In this document: positions 10,001 to 23,700 of the stretch, one piece after another
How positions within the stretch are numbered: the first letter of the stretch is position 1
Layout of the letters: each line of letters starts with the position of its first letter
DNA from: Auanema rhodensis
Taxonomy: Eukaryota; Animalia; Nematoda
Assembly: GCA_964057225.1 (NCBI GenBank)
Contig: OZ059899.1
Coordinates: 17,794,001-17,858,000 of the forward strand
Reading direction: 5' to 3'
Length of the DNA: 64,000 nucleotides
Made by a program: the position numbers and the translations under genes
The notes under the pieces: generated by a model
What the model saw: the letters and a program-made list of their open reading frames with translations, nothing else
What the model was told of the DNA's origin: nothing
The model's database searches: none

Positions 10001-13000
10001 GAAAAAAGATGCATTAGTGTATGTTGAGTTTCCATGTACACTCAACATTGCTTCCAAAAACATTTTGACAAAAATTTTTCCGAAAAATTTCAAAATAATT
10101 TCGCAAAAAGTAGATGTTTTTAGATTTCTTTTTTCAAGGCAAAGACGATGGACAAAGTTATTCAACGAAAAAATTAATTCTGCAGGGTGAAAATCGAGGA
10201 TATAAGTGTGAACTTATATCAGTTGATATCTCGGTGCATTTTTAAGCTAGCGCAAATCTGATAACACAGATCGACGCAGCTTAAAAATCCGCATCGAATG
10301 CACTATACTACATTGAGAAACGCTTAATACAAAACTTAGTTATGATCGTTTGAAAAATGATGCATTAGTGTATGTTGAGTTTCCATGTACACTCAACATT
10401 GCTTCCAAAAACATTTTGACAAAAATTTTTCCGAAAAATTTCAAAATAATTTCGCAAAAAGTAGATGTTTTTAGATTTCTTTTTTCAAGGCAAAGACGAT
10501 GGACAATGTTATTCAACGAAAAAATTAATTCTGCAGGGTGAAAATCGAGGATATAAGTGTGAACTTATATCAGTTGATATCTCGGTGCATTTTTAAGCTA
10601 GCGCAAATCTGATAACACAGATCGACGCAGCTTAAAAATCCGCATCGAATGCACTATACTACATTGAGAAACGCTTAATACAAAAATTAGTTATGATCGT
10701 TTGAAAAAAGATGCATTAGTGTATGTTGAGTTTCCATGTACACTCAACATTGCTTCCAAAAACATTTTGACAAAAATTTTTCCGAAAAATTTCAAAATAA
10801 TTTCGCAAAAAGTAGATGTTTTTAGATTTCTTTTTTCAAGGCAAAGACGATGGACAAAGTTATTCAACGAAAAAATTAATTCTGCAGGGTGAAAATCGAG
10901 GATATAAGTGTGAACTTATATCAGTTGATATCTCGGTGCATTTTTAAGCTAGCGCAAATCTGATAACACAGATCGACGCAGCTTAAAAATCCGCATCGAA
11001 TGCACTATACTACATTGAGAAACGCTTAATACAAAACTTAGTTATGATCGTTTGAAAAATGATGCATTAGTGTATGTTGAGTTTCCATGTACACTCAACA
11101 TTGCTTCCAAAAACATTTTGACAAAAATTTTTCCGAAAAATTTCAAAATAATTTCGCAAAAAGTAGATGTTTTTAGATTTCTTTTTTCAAGGCAAAGACG
11201 ATGGACAAAGTTATTCAACGAAAAAATTAATTCTGCAGGGTGAAAATCGAGGATATAAGTGTGAACTTATATCAGTTGATATCTCGGTGCATTTTTAAGC
11301 TAGCGCAAATCTGATAACACAGATCGACGCAGCTTAAAAATCCGCATCGAATGCACTATACTACATTGAGAAACGCTTAATACAAAAATTAGTTATGATC
11401 GTTTGAAAAAAGATGCATTAGTGTATGTTGAGTTTCCATGTACACTCAACATTGCTTCCAAAAACATTTTGACAAAAATTTTTCCGAAAAATTTCAAAAT
11501 AATTTCGCAAAAAGTAGATGTTTTTAGATTTCTTTTTTCAAGGCAAAGACGATGGACAAAGTTATTCAACGAAAAAATTAATTCTGCAGGGTGAAAATCG
11601 AGGATATAAGTGTGAACTTATATCAGTTGATATCTCGGTGCATTTTTAAGCTAGCGCAAATCTGATAACACAGATCGACGCAGCTTAAAAATCCGCATCG
11701 AATGCACTATACTACATTGAGAAACGCTTAATACAAAACTTAGTTATGATCGTTTGAAAAATGATGCATTAGTGTATGTTGAGTTTCCATGTACACTCAA
11801 CATTGCTTCCAAAAACATTTTGACAAAAATTTTTCCGAAAAATTTCAAAATAATTTCGCAAAAAGTAGATGTTTTTAGATTTCTTTTTTCAAGGCAAAGA
11901 CGATGGACAATGTTATTCAACGAAAAAATTAATTCTGCAGGGTGAAAATCGAGGATATAAGTGTGAACTTATATCAGTTGATATCTCGGTGCATTTTTAA
12001 GCTAGCGCAAATCTGATAACACAGATCGACGCAGCTTAAAAATCCGCATCGAATGCACTATACTACATTGAGAAACGCTTAATACAAAAATTAGTTATGA
12101 TCGTTTGAAAAAAGATGCATTAGTGTATGTTGAGTTTCCATGTACACTCAACATTGCTTCCAAAAACATTTTGACAAAAATTTTTCCGAAAAATTTCAAA
12201 ATAATTTCGCAAAAAGTAGATGTTTTTAGATTTCTTTTTTCAAGGCAAAGACGATGGACAAAGTTATTCAACGAAAAAATTAATTCTGCAGGGTGAAAAT
12301 CGAGGATATAAGTGTGAACTTATATCAGTTGATATCTCGGTGCATTTTTAAGCTAGCGCAAATCTGATAACACAGATCGACGCAGCTTAAAAATCCGCAT
12401 CGAATGCACTATACTACATTGAGAAACGCTTAATACAAAACTTAGTTATGATCGTTTGAAAAATGATGCATTAGTGTATGTTGAGTTTCCATGTACACTC
12501 AACATTGCTTCCAAAAACATTTTGACAAAAATTTTTCCGAAAAATTTCAAAATAATTTCGCAAAAAGTAGATGTTTTTAGATTTCTTTTTTCAAGGCAAA
12601 GACGATGGACAATGTTATTCAACGAAAAAATTAATTCTGCAGGGTGAAAATCGAGGATATAAGTGTGAACTTATATCAGTTGATATCTCGGTGCATTTTT
12701 AAGCTAGCGCAAATCTGATAACACAGATCGACGCAGCTTAAAAATCCGCATCGAATGCACTATACTACATTGAGAAACGCTTAATACAAAAATTAGTTAT
12801 GATCGTTTGAAAAAAGATGCATTAGTGTATGTTGAGTTTCCATGTACACTCAACATTGCTTCCAAAAACATTTTGACAAAAATTTTTCCGAAAAATTTCA
12901 AAATAATTTCGCAAAAAGTAGATGTTTTTAGATTTCTTTTTTCAAGGCAAAGACGATGGACAAAGTTATTCAACGAAAAAATTAATTCTGCAGGGTGAAA

Positions 13001-14106
13001 ATCGAGGATATAAGTGTGAACTTATATCAGTTGATATCTCGGTGCATTTTTAAGCTAGCGCAAATCTGATAACACAGATCGACGCAGCTTAAAAATCCGC
13101 ATCGAATGCACTATACTACATTGAGAAACGCTTAATACAAAACTTAGTTATGATCGTTTGAAAAATGATGCATTAGTGTATGTTGAGTTTCCATGTACAC
13201 TCAACATTGCTTCCAAAAACATTTTGACAAAAATTTTTCCGAAAAATTTCAAAATAATTTCGCAAAAAGTAGATGTTTTTAGATTTCTTTTTTCAAGGCA
13301 AAGACGATGGACAAAGTTATTCAACGAAAAAATTAATTCTGCAGGGTGAAAATCGAGGATATAAGTGTGAACTTATATCAGTTGATATCTCGGTGCATTT
13401 TTAAGCTAGCGCAAATCTGATAACACAGATCGACGCAGCTTAAAAATCCGCATCGAATGCACTATACTACATTGAGAAACGCTTAATACAAAAATTAGTT
13501 ATGATCGTTTGAAAAAAGATGCATTAGTGTATGTTGAGTTTCCATGTACACTCAACATTGCTTCCAAAAACATTTTGACAAAAATTTTTCCGAAAAATTT
13601 CAAAATAATTTCGCAAAAAGTAGATGTTTTTAGATTTCTTTTTTCAAGGCAAAGACGATGGACAAAGTTATTCAACGAAAAAATTAATTCTGCAGGGTGA
13701 AAATCGAGGATATAAGTGTGAACTTATATCAGTTGATATCTCGGTGCATTTTTAAGCTAGCGCAAATCTGATAACACAGATCGACGCAGCTTAAAAATCC
13801 GCATCGAATGCACTATACTACATTGAGAAACGCTTAATACAAAACTTAGTTATGATCGTTTGAAAAATGATGCATTAGTGTATGTTGAGTTTCCATGTAC
13901 ACTCAACATTGCTTCCAAAAACATTTTGACAAAAATTTTTCCGAAAAATTTCAAAATAATTTCGCAAAAAGTAGATGTTTTTAGATTTCTTTTTTCAAGG
14001 CAAAGACGATGGACAAAGTTATTCAACGAAAAAATTAATTCTGCAGGGTGAAAATCGAGGATATAAGTGTGAACTTATATCAGTTGATATCTCGGTGCAT
14101 TTTTAA
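7087..14106. repeat. 702-bp dimeric higher-order repeat of the 351-bp satellite, interrupted at 9193-9894
   Basis: Monomers alternate between aaaaattag/aaaaaagat and aaaacttag/aaaaatgat, seen as MKKD/MKND alternation in the ORF track at 7191-8946 and 9999-13860. Confidence 0.85.
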
Positions 14107-16563
14107 GCTAGCGCAAATCTGATAACACAGATCGACGCAGCTTAAAAATCCGCATCGAATGCACTATACTACATTGAGAAACGCTTAATACAAAACTTAG
14201 TTATGATCGTTTGAAAAATGATGCATTAGTGTATGTTGAGTTTCCATGTACACTCAACATTGCTTCCAAAAACATTTTGACAAAAATTTTTCCGAAAAAT
14301 TTCAAAATAATTTCGCAAAAAGTAGATGTTTTTAGATTTCTTTTTTCAAGGCAAAGACGATGGACAAAGTTATTCAACGAAAAAATTAATTCTGCAGGGT
14401 GAAAATCGAGGATATAAGTGTGAACTTATATCAGTTGATATCTCGGTGCATTTTTAAGCTAGCGCAAATCTGATAACACAGATCGACGCAGCTTAAAAAT
14501 CCGCATCGAATGCACTATACAACATTGAGAAACGCTTAATACAAAAATTAGTTATGATCGTTTGAAAAATGATGCATTAGTGTATGTTGAGTTTCCATGT
14601 ACACTCAACATTGCTTCCAAAAACATTTTGACAAAAATTTTTCCGAAAAATTTCGAAATAATTTCGCAAAAAGTAGATGTTTTCAGATTCCTTTTTTCAA
14701 GGCAAAGACGATGGACATTGTTATTCAACGAAAAAATTGATTCTGCAGGGTGAAAATCGAGGATATAAGTGTGAACTTATATCAGTTGATATCTCGGTGC
14801 ATTTTTAAGCTAGCGCAAATCTGATAACACAGATCGACGCAGCTTAAAAATCCGCATCGAATGCACTATACTACATTGAGAAACGCTTAATACAAAACTT
14901 AGTTATGATCGTTTGAAAAATGATGCATTAGTGTATGTTGAGTTTCCATGTACACTCAACATTGCTTCCAAAAACATTTTGACAAAAATTTTTCCGAAAA
15001 ATTTCAAAATAATTTCGCAAAAAGTAGATGTTTTTAGATTTCTTTTTTCAAGGCAAAGACGATGGACAAAGTTATTCAACGAAAAAATTAATTCTGCAGG
15101 GTGAAAATCGAGGATATAAGTGTGAACTTATATCAGTTGATATCTCGGTGCATTTTTAAGCTAGCGCAAATCTGATAACACAGATCGACGCAGCTTAAAA
15201 ATCCGCATCGAATGCACTATACTACATTGAGAAACGCTTAATACAAAACTTAGTTATGATCGTTTGAAAAATGATGCATTAGTGTATGTTGAGTTTCCAT
15301 GTACACTCAACATTGCTTCCAAAAACATTTTGACAAAAATTTTTCCGAAAAATTTCAAAATAATTTCGCAAAAAGTAGATGTTTTTAGATTTCTTTTTTC
15401 AAGGCAAAGACGATGGACAAAGTTATTCAACGAAAAAATTAATTCTGCAGGGTGAAAATCGAGGATATAAGTGTGAACTTATATCAGTTGATATCTCGGT
15501 GCATTTTTAAGCTAGCGCAAATCTGATAACACAGATCGACGCAGCTTAAAAATCCGCATCGAATGCACTATACTACATTGAGAAACGCTTAATACAAAAA
15601 TTAGTTATGATCGTTTGAAAAAAGATGCATTAGTGTATGTTGAGTTTCCATGTACACTCAACATTGCTTCCAAAAACATTTTGACAAAAATTTTTCCGAA
15701 AAATTTCAAAATAATTTCGCAAAAAGTAGATGTTTTTAGATTTCTTTTTTCAAGGCAAAGACGATGGACAAAGTTATTCAACGAAAAAATTAATTCTGCA
15801 GGGTGAAAATCGAGGATATAAGTGTGAACTTATATCAGTTGATATCTCGGTGCATTTTTAAGCTAGCGCAAATCTGATAACACAGATCGACGCAGCTCAA
15901 AAATCCGCATCGAATGCACTATACTACATTGAAAAACGCTTAATACAAAAATTAGTTATGATCGTTTGAAAAATGATGCATTAGTGTATGTTGAGTTTCC
16001 ATGTACACTCAACATTGCTTCCAAAAACATTTTGACAAAAATTTTTCCGAAAAATTTCGAAATAATTTCGCAAAAAGTAGATGTTTTTAGATTCCTTTTT
16101 TCAAGGCAAAGACGATGGACATTGTTATTCAACGAAAAAATTGATTCTGCAGGGTGAAAATCGAGGATATAAGTGTGAACTTATATCAGTTGATATCTCG
16201 GTGCATTTTTAAGCTAGCGCAAATCTGATAACACAGATCGACGCAGCTTAAAAATCCGCATCGAATGCACTATACAACATTGAGAAACGCTTAATACAAA
16301 AATTAGTTATGATCGTTTGAAAAATGATGCATTAGTGTATGTTGAGTTTCCATGTACACTCAACATTGCTTCCAAAAACATTTTGACAAAAATTTTTCCG
16401 AAAAATTTCGAAATAATTTCGCAAAAAGTAGATGTTTTCAGATTTCTTTTTTCAAGGCAAAGACGATGGACATTGTTATTCAACGAAAAAATTGATTCTG
16501 CAGGGTGAAAATCGAGGATATAAGTGTGAACTTATATCAGTTGATATCTCGGTGCATTTTTAA

Positions 16564-19500
16564 GCTAGCGCAAATCTGATAACACAGATCGACGCAGCTT
16601 AAAAATCCGCATCGATTGCACTATACTACATTGAGAAACGCATAATACAAAACTTAGTTATGATCGTTTGAAAAAAGATGCATTAGTGTATGTTGAGTTT
16701 CCATGTACACTCAACATTGCTTCCAAAAACATTTTGACAAAAATTTTTCCGAAAAATTTCAAAATAATTTTGCAAAAAGTAGATGTTTTTAGATTCCTTC
16801 TTTCAAGGCAAAGACGATGGACAAAGTTATTCAACGAAAAAATTAATTCTGCAGGGTGAAAATCGAGGATATAAGTGTGAACTTATATCAGTTGATATCT
16901 CGGTGCATTTTTAAGCTAGCGCAAATCTGATAACACAGATCGACGCAGCTTAAAAATCCGCATCGATTGCACTATACTACATTGAGAAACGCATAATACA
17001 AAACTTAGTTATGATCGTTTGAAAAAAGATGCATTAGTGTATGTTGAGTTTCCATGTACACTCAACATTGCTTCCAAAAACATTTTTACAAAAATTTTTC
17101 CGAAAAATTTCGAAATAATTTCGCAAAAAGTAGATGTTTTTAGATTCCTTTTTTCAAGGCAAAGACGATGGACAAAGTAATTCAACGAAAAAATTAATTC
17201 TGCAGGGTGAAAATCGAGGATATAAGTGTGAACTTATATCAGTTGATATCTCGGTGCATTTTTAAGCTAGCGCAAATCTGATAACACAGATCGACGCAGC
17301 TTAAAAATCCGCATCGATTGCACTATACTACATTGAGAAACGCATAATACAAAACTTAGTTATGATCGTTTGAAAAAAGATGCATTAGTGTATGTTGAGT
17401 TTCCATGTACACTCAACATTGCTTCCAAAAACATTTTTACAAAAATTTTTCCGAAAAATTTCGAAATAATTTCGCAAAAAGTAGATGTTTTTAGATTCCT
17501 TTTTTCAAGGCAAAGACGATGGACAAAGTAATTCAACGAAAAAATTAATTCTGCAGGGTGAAAATCGAGGATATAAGTGTGAACTTATATCAGTTGATAT
17601 CTCGGTGCATTTTTAAGCTAGCGCAAATCTGATAACACAGATCGACGCAGCTTAAAAATCCGCATCGATTGCACTATACTACATTGAGAAATGCTTGATA
17701 CAAAAATTAGTTATGATCGTTTGAAAAAAGATGCATTAGTGTATGTTGAGTTTCCATGTACACTCAACATTGCTTCCAAAAACATTTTGACAAAAATTTT
17801 TCCGAAAAATTTCGAAATAATTTCGCAAAAAGTAGATGTTTTCAGATTTCTTTTTTCAAGGCAAAGACGATGGACATTGTTATTCAACGAAAAAATTGAT
17901 TCTGCAGGGTGAAAATCGAGGATATAAGTGTGAACTTATATCAGTTGATATCTCGGTGCATTTTTAAGCTAGCGCAAATCTGATAACACAGATCGACGCA
18001 GCTTAAAAATCCGCATCGATTGCACTATACTACATTGAGAAACGCATAATACAAAACTTAGTTATGATCGTTTGAAAAAAGATGCATTAGTGTATGTTGA
18101 GTTTCCATGTACACTCAACATTGCTTCCAAAAACATTTTGACAAAAATTTTTCCGAAAAATTTCAAAATAATTTTGCAAAAAGTAGATGTTTTTAGATTC
18201 CTTTTTTCAAGGCAAAGACGATGGACAAAGTTATTCAACGAAAAAATTAATTCTGCAGGGTGAAAATCGAGGATATAAGTGTGAACTTATATCAGTTGAT
18301 ATCTCGGTGCATTTTTAAGCTAGCGCAAATCTGATAACACAGATCGACGCAGCTTAAAAATCCGCATCGATTGCACTATACTACATTGAGAAACGCATAA
18401 TACAAAACTTAGTTATGATCGTTTGAAAAAAGATGCATTAGTGTATGTTGAGTTTCCATGTACACTCAACATTGCTTCCAAAAACATTTTTACAAAAATT
18501 TTTCCGAAAAATTTCGAAATAATTTCGCAAAAAGTAGATGTTTTTAGATTCCTTTTTTCAAGGCAAAGACGATGGACAAAGTAATTCAACGAAAAAATTA
18601 ATTCTGCAGGGTGAAAATCGAGGATATAAGTGTGAACTTATATCAGTTGATATCTCGGTGCATTTTTAAGCTAGCGCAAATCTGATAACACAGATCGACG
18701 CAGCTTAAAAATCCGCATCGATTGCACTATACTACATTGAGAAACGCATAATACAAAACTTAGTTATGATCGTTTGAAAAAAGATGCATTAGTGTATGTT
18801 GAGTTTCCATGTACACTCAACATTGCTTCCAAAAACATTTTTACAAAAATTTTTCCGAAAAATTTCGAAATAATTTCGCAAAAAGTAGATGTTTTTAGAT
18901 TCCTTTTTTCAAGGCAAAGACGATGGACAAAGTAATTCAACGAAAAAATTAATTCTGCAGGGTGAAAATCGAGGATATAAGTGTGAACTTATATCAGTTG
19001 ATATCTCGGTGCATTTTTAAGCTAGCGCAAATCTGATAACACAGATCGACGCAGCTTAAAAATCCGCATCGATTGCACTATACTACATTGAGAAATGCTT
19101 AATACAAAAATTAGTTATGATCGTTTGAAAAATGATGCATTAGTGTATGTTGAGTTTCCATGTACACTCAACATTGCTTCCAAAAACATTTTGACAAAAA
19201 TTTTTCCGAAAAATTTCGAAATAATTTCGCAAAAAGTAGATGTTTTCAGATTTCTTTTTTCAAGGCAAAGACGATGGACATTGTTATTCAACGAAAAAAT
19301 TGATTCTGCAGGGTGAAAATCGAGGATATAAGTGTGAACTTATATCAGTTGATATCTCGGTGCATTTTTAAGCTAGCGCAAATCTGATAACACAGATCGA
19401 CGCAGCTTAAAAATCCGCATCGATTGCACTATACTACATTGAGAAACGCATAATACAAAACTTAGTTATGATCGTTTGAAAAAAGATGCATTAGTGTATG

Positions 19501-20775
19501 TTGAGTTTCCATGTACACTCAACATTGCTTCCAAAAACATTTTGACAAAAATTTTTCCGAAAAATTTCAAAATAATTTTGCAAAAAGTAGATGTTTTTAG
19601 ATTCCTTTTTTCAAGGCAAAGACGATGGACAAAGTTATTCAACGAAAAAATTAATTCTGCAGGGTGAAAATCGAGGATATAAGTGTGAACTTATATCAGT
19701 TGATATCTCGGTGCATTTTTAAGCTAGCGCAAATCTGATAACACAGATCGACGCAGCTTAAAAATCCGCATCGATTGCACTATACTACATTGAGAAACGC
19801 ATAATACAAAACTTAGTTATGATCGTTTGAAAAAAGATGCATTAGTGTATGTTGAGTTTCCATGTACACTCAACATTGCTTCCAAAAACATTTTTACAAA
19901 AATTTTTCCGAAAAATTTCGAAATAATTTCGCAAAAAGTAGATGTTTTTAGATTCCTTTTTTCAAGGCAAAGACGATGGACAAAGTAATTCAACGAAAAA
20001 ATTAATTCTGCAGGGTGAAAATCGAGGATATAAGTGTGAACTTATATCAGTTGATATCTCGGTGCATTTTTAAGCTAGCGCAAATCTGATAACACAGATC
20101 GACGCAGCTTAAAAATCCGCATCGATTGCACTATACTACATTGAGAAACGCATAATACAAAACTTAGTTATGATCGTTTGAAAAAAGATGCATTAGTGTA
20201 TGTTGAGTTTCCATGTACACTCAACATTGCTTCCAAAAACATTTTTACAAAAATTTTTCCGAAAAATTTCGAAATAATTTCGCAAAAAGTAGATGTTTTT
20301 AGATTCCTTTTTTCAAGGCAAAGACGATGGACAAAGTAATTCAACGAAAAAATTAATTCTGCAGGGTGAAAATCGAGGATATAAGTGTGAACTTATATCA
20401 GTTGATATCTCGGTGCATTTTTAAGCTAGCGCAAATCTGATAACACAGATCGACGCAGCTTAAAAATCCGCATCGATTGCACTATACTACATTGAGAAAT
20501 GCTTGATACAAAAATTAGTTATGATCGTTTGAAAAAAGATGCATTAGTGTATGTTGAGTTTCCATGTACACTCAACATTGCTTCCAAAAACATTTTGACA
20601 AAAATTTTTCCGAAAAATTTCAAAATAATTTTGCAAAAAGTAGATGTTTTTAGATTTCTTTTTTCAAGGCAAAGACGATGGACAAAGTTATTCAACGAAA
20701 AAATTAATTCTGCAGGGTGAAAATCGAGGATATAAGTGTGAACTTATATCAGTTGATATCTCGGTGCATTTTTAA
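16564..20775. repeat. 1404-bp tetrameric higher-order repeat, 3 copies
   Basis: The pattern [tttgc monomer, aagtaa monomer, aagtaa monomer, gaaatgc monomer] occurs three times. The gaaatgc marker lies at 17691, 19095 and 20499 (spacing 1404). Confidence 0.85.
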
Positions 20776-23700
20776 GCTAGCGCAAATCTGATAACACAGA
20801 TCGACGCAGCTCAAAAATCCGCATCGAATGCACTATACTACATTGAGAAACGCTTAATACAAAACTTAGTTATGATCGTTTGAAAAATGATGCATTAGTG
20901 TATGTTGAGTTTCCATGTACACTCAACATTGCTTCCAAAAACATTTTTACAAAAATTTTTCCGAAAAATTTCGAAATAATTTCGCAAAAAGTAGATGTTT
21001 TTAGATTCCTTTTTTCAAGGCAAAGACGATGGACATTGTTATTCAACGAAAAAATTGATTCTGCAGGGTGAAAATCGAGGATATAAGTGTGAACTTATAT
21101 CAGTTGATATCTCGGTGCATTTTTAAGCTAGCGCAAATCTGATAACACAGATCGACGCAGCTTAAAAATCCGCATCGAATGCACTATACTACATTGAGAA
21201 ACGCTTAATACAAAACTTAGTTATGATCGTTTGAAAAATGATGCATTAGTGTATGTTGAGTTTCCATGTACACTCAACATTGCTTCCAAAAACATTTTTA
21301 CAAAAATTTTTCCGAAAAATTTCGAAATAATTTCGCAAAAAGTAGATGTTTTTAGATTCCTTTTTTCAAGGCAAAGACGATGGACATTGTTATTCAACGA
21401 AAAAATTGATTCTGCAGGGTGAAAATCGAGGATATAAGTGTGAACTTATATCAGTTGATATCTCGGTGCATTTTTAAGCTAGCGCAAATCTGATAACACA
21501 GATCGACGCAGCTTAAAAATCCGCATCGAATGCACTATACAACATTGAGAAACGCTTAATACAAAAATTAGTTATGATCGTTTGAAAAATGATGCATTAG
21601 TGTATGTTGAGTTTCCATGTACACTCAACATTGCTTCCAAAAACATTTTGACAAAAATTTTTCCGAAAAATTTCGAAATAATTTCGCAAAAAGTAGATGT
21701 TTTCAGATTTCTTTTTTCAAGGCAAAGACGATGGACATTGCTATTCAACGAAAAAATTGATTCTGCAGGGTGAAAATCGAGGATATAAGTGTGAACTTAT
21801 ATCAGTTGATATCTCGGTGCATTTTTAAGCTAGCGCAAATCTGATAACACAGATCGACGCAGCTTAAAAATCCGCATCGATTGCACTATACTACATTGAG
21901 AAATGCTTGATACAAAAATTAGTTATGATCGTTTGAAAAAAGATGCATTAGTGTATGTTGAGTTTCCATGTACACTCAACATTGCTTCCAAAAACATTTT
22001 GACAAAAATTTTTCCGAAAAATTTCAAAATAATTTTGCAAAAAGTAGATGTTTTTAGATTCCTTTTTTCAAGGCAAAGACGATGGACAAAGTTATTCAAC
22101 GAAAAAATTAATTCTGCAGGGTGAAAATCGAGGATATAAGTGTGAACTTATATCAGTTGATATCTCGGTGCATTTTTAAGCTAGCGCAAATCTGATAACA
22201 CAGATCGACGCAGCTTAAAAATCCGCATCGAATGCACTATACTACATTGAGAAACGCTTAATACAAAACTTAGTTATGATCGTTTGAAAAATGATGCATT
22301 AGTGTATGTTGAGTTTCCATGTACACTCAACATTGCTTCCAAAAACATTTTGACAAAAATTTTTCCGAAAAATTTCAAAATAATTTCGCAAAAAGTAGAT
22401 GTTTTTAGATTTCTTTTTTCAAGGCAAAGACGATGGACAAAGTTATTCAACGAAAAAATTAATTCTGCAGGGTGAAAATCGAGGATATAAGTGTGAACTT
22501 ATATCAGTTGATATCTCGGTGCATTTTTAAGCTAGCGCAAATCTGATAACACAGATCGACGCAGCTCAAAAATCCGGATCGAATGCACTATACTACATTG
22601 AGAAACGCTTAATACAAAACTTAGTTATGATCGTTTGAAAAATGATGCATTAGTGTATGTTGAGTTTCCATGTACACTCAACATTGCTTCCAAAAACATT
22701 TTTACAAAAATTTTTCCGAAAAATTTCGAAATAATTTCGCAAAAAGTAGATGTTTTTAGATTCCTTTTTTCAAGGCAAAGACGATGGACATTGTTATTCA
22801 ACGAAAAAATTGATTCTGCAGGGTGAAAATCGAGGATATAAGTGTGAACTTATATCAGTTGATATCTCGGTGCATTTTTAAGCTAGCGCAAATCTGATAA
22901 CACAGATCGACGCAGCTTAAAAATCCGCATCGAATGCACTATACAACATTGAGAAACGCTTAATACAAAAATTAGTTATGATCGTTTGAAAAATGATGCA
23001 TTAGTGTATGTTGAGTTTCCATGTACACTCAACATTGCTTCCAAAAACATTTTGACAAAAATTTTTCCGAAAAATTTCGAAATAATTTCGCAAAAAGTAG
23101 ATGTTTTCAGATTTCTTTTTTCAAGGCAAAGACGATGGACATTGTTATTCAACGAAAAAATTGATTCTGCAGGGTGAAAATCGAGGATATAAGTGTGAAC
23201 TTATATCAGTTGATATCTCGGTGCATTTTTAAGCTAGCGCAAATCTGATAACACAGATCGACGCAGCTTAAAAATCCGCATCGATTGCACTATACTACAT
23301 TGAGAAATGCTTGATACAAAAATTAGTTATGATCGTTTGAAAAAAGATGCATTAGTGTATGTTGAGTTTCCATGTACACTCAACATTGCTTCCAAAAACA
23401 TTTTGACAAAAATTTTTCCGAAAAATTTCAAAATAATTTTGCAAAAAGTAGATGTTTTTAGATTCCTTTTTTCAAGGCAAAGACGATGGACAAAGTTATT
23501 CAACGAAAAAATTAATTCTGCAGGGTGAAAATCGAGGATATAAGTGTGAACTTATATCAGTTGATATCTCGGTGCATTTTTAAGCTAGCGCAAATCTGAT
23601 AACACAGATCGACGCAGCTTAAAAATCCGCATCGATTGCACTATACTACATTGAGAAACGCATAATACAAAACTTAGTTATGATCGTTTGAAAAAAGATG

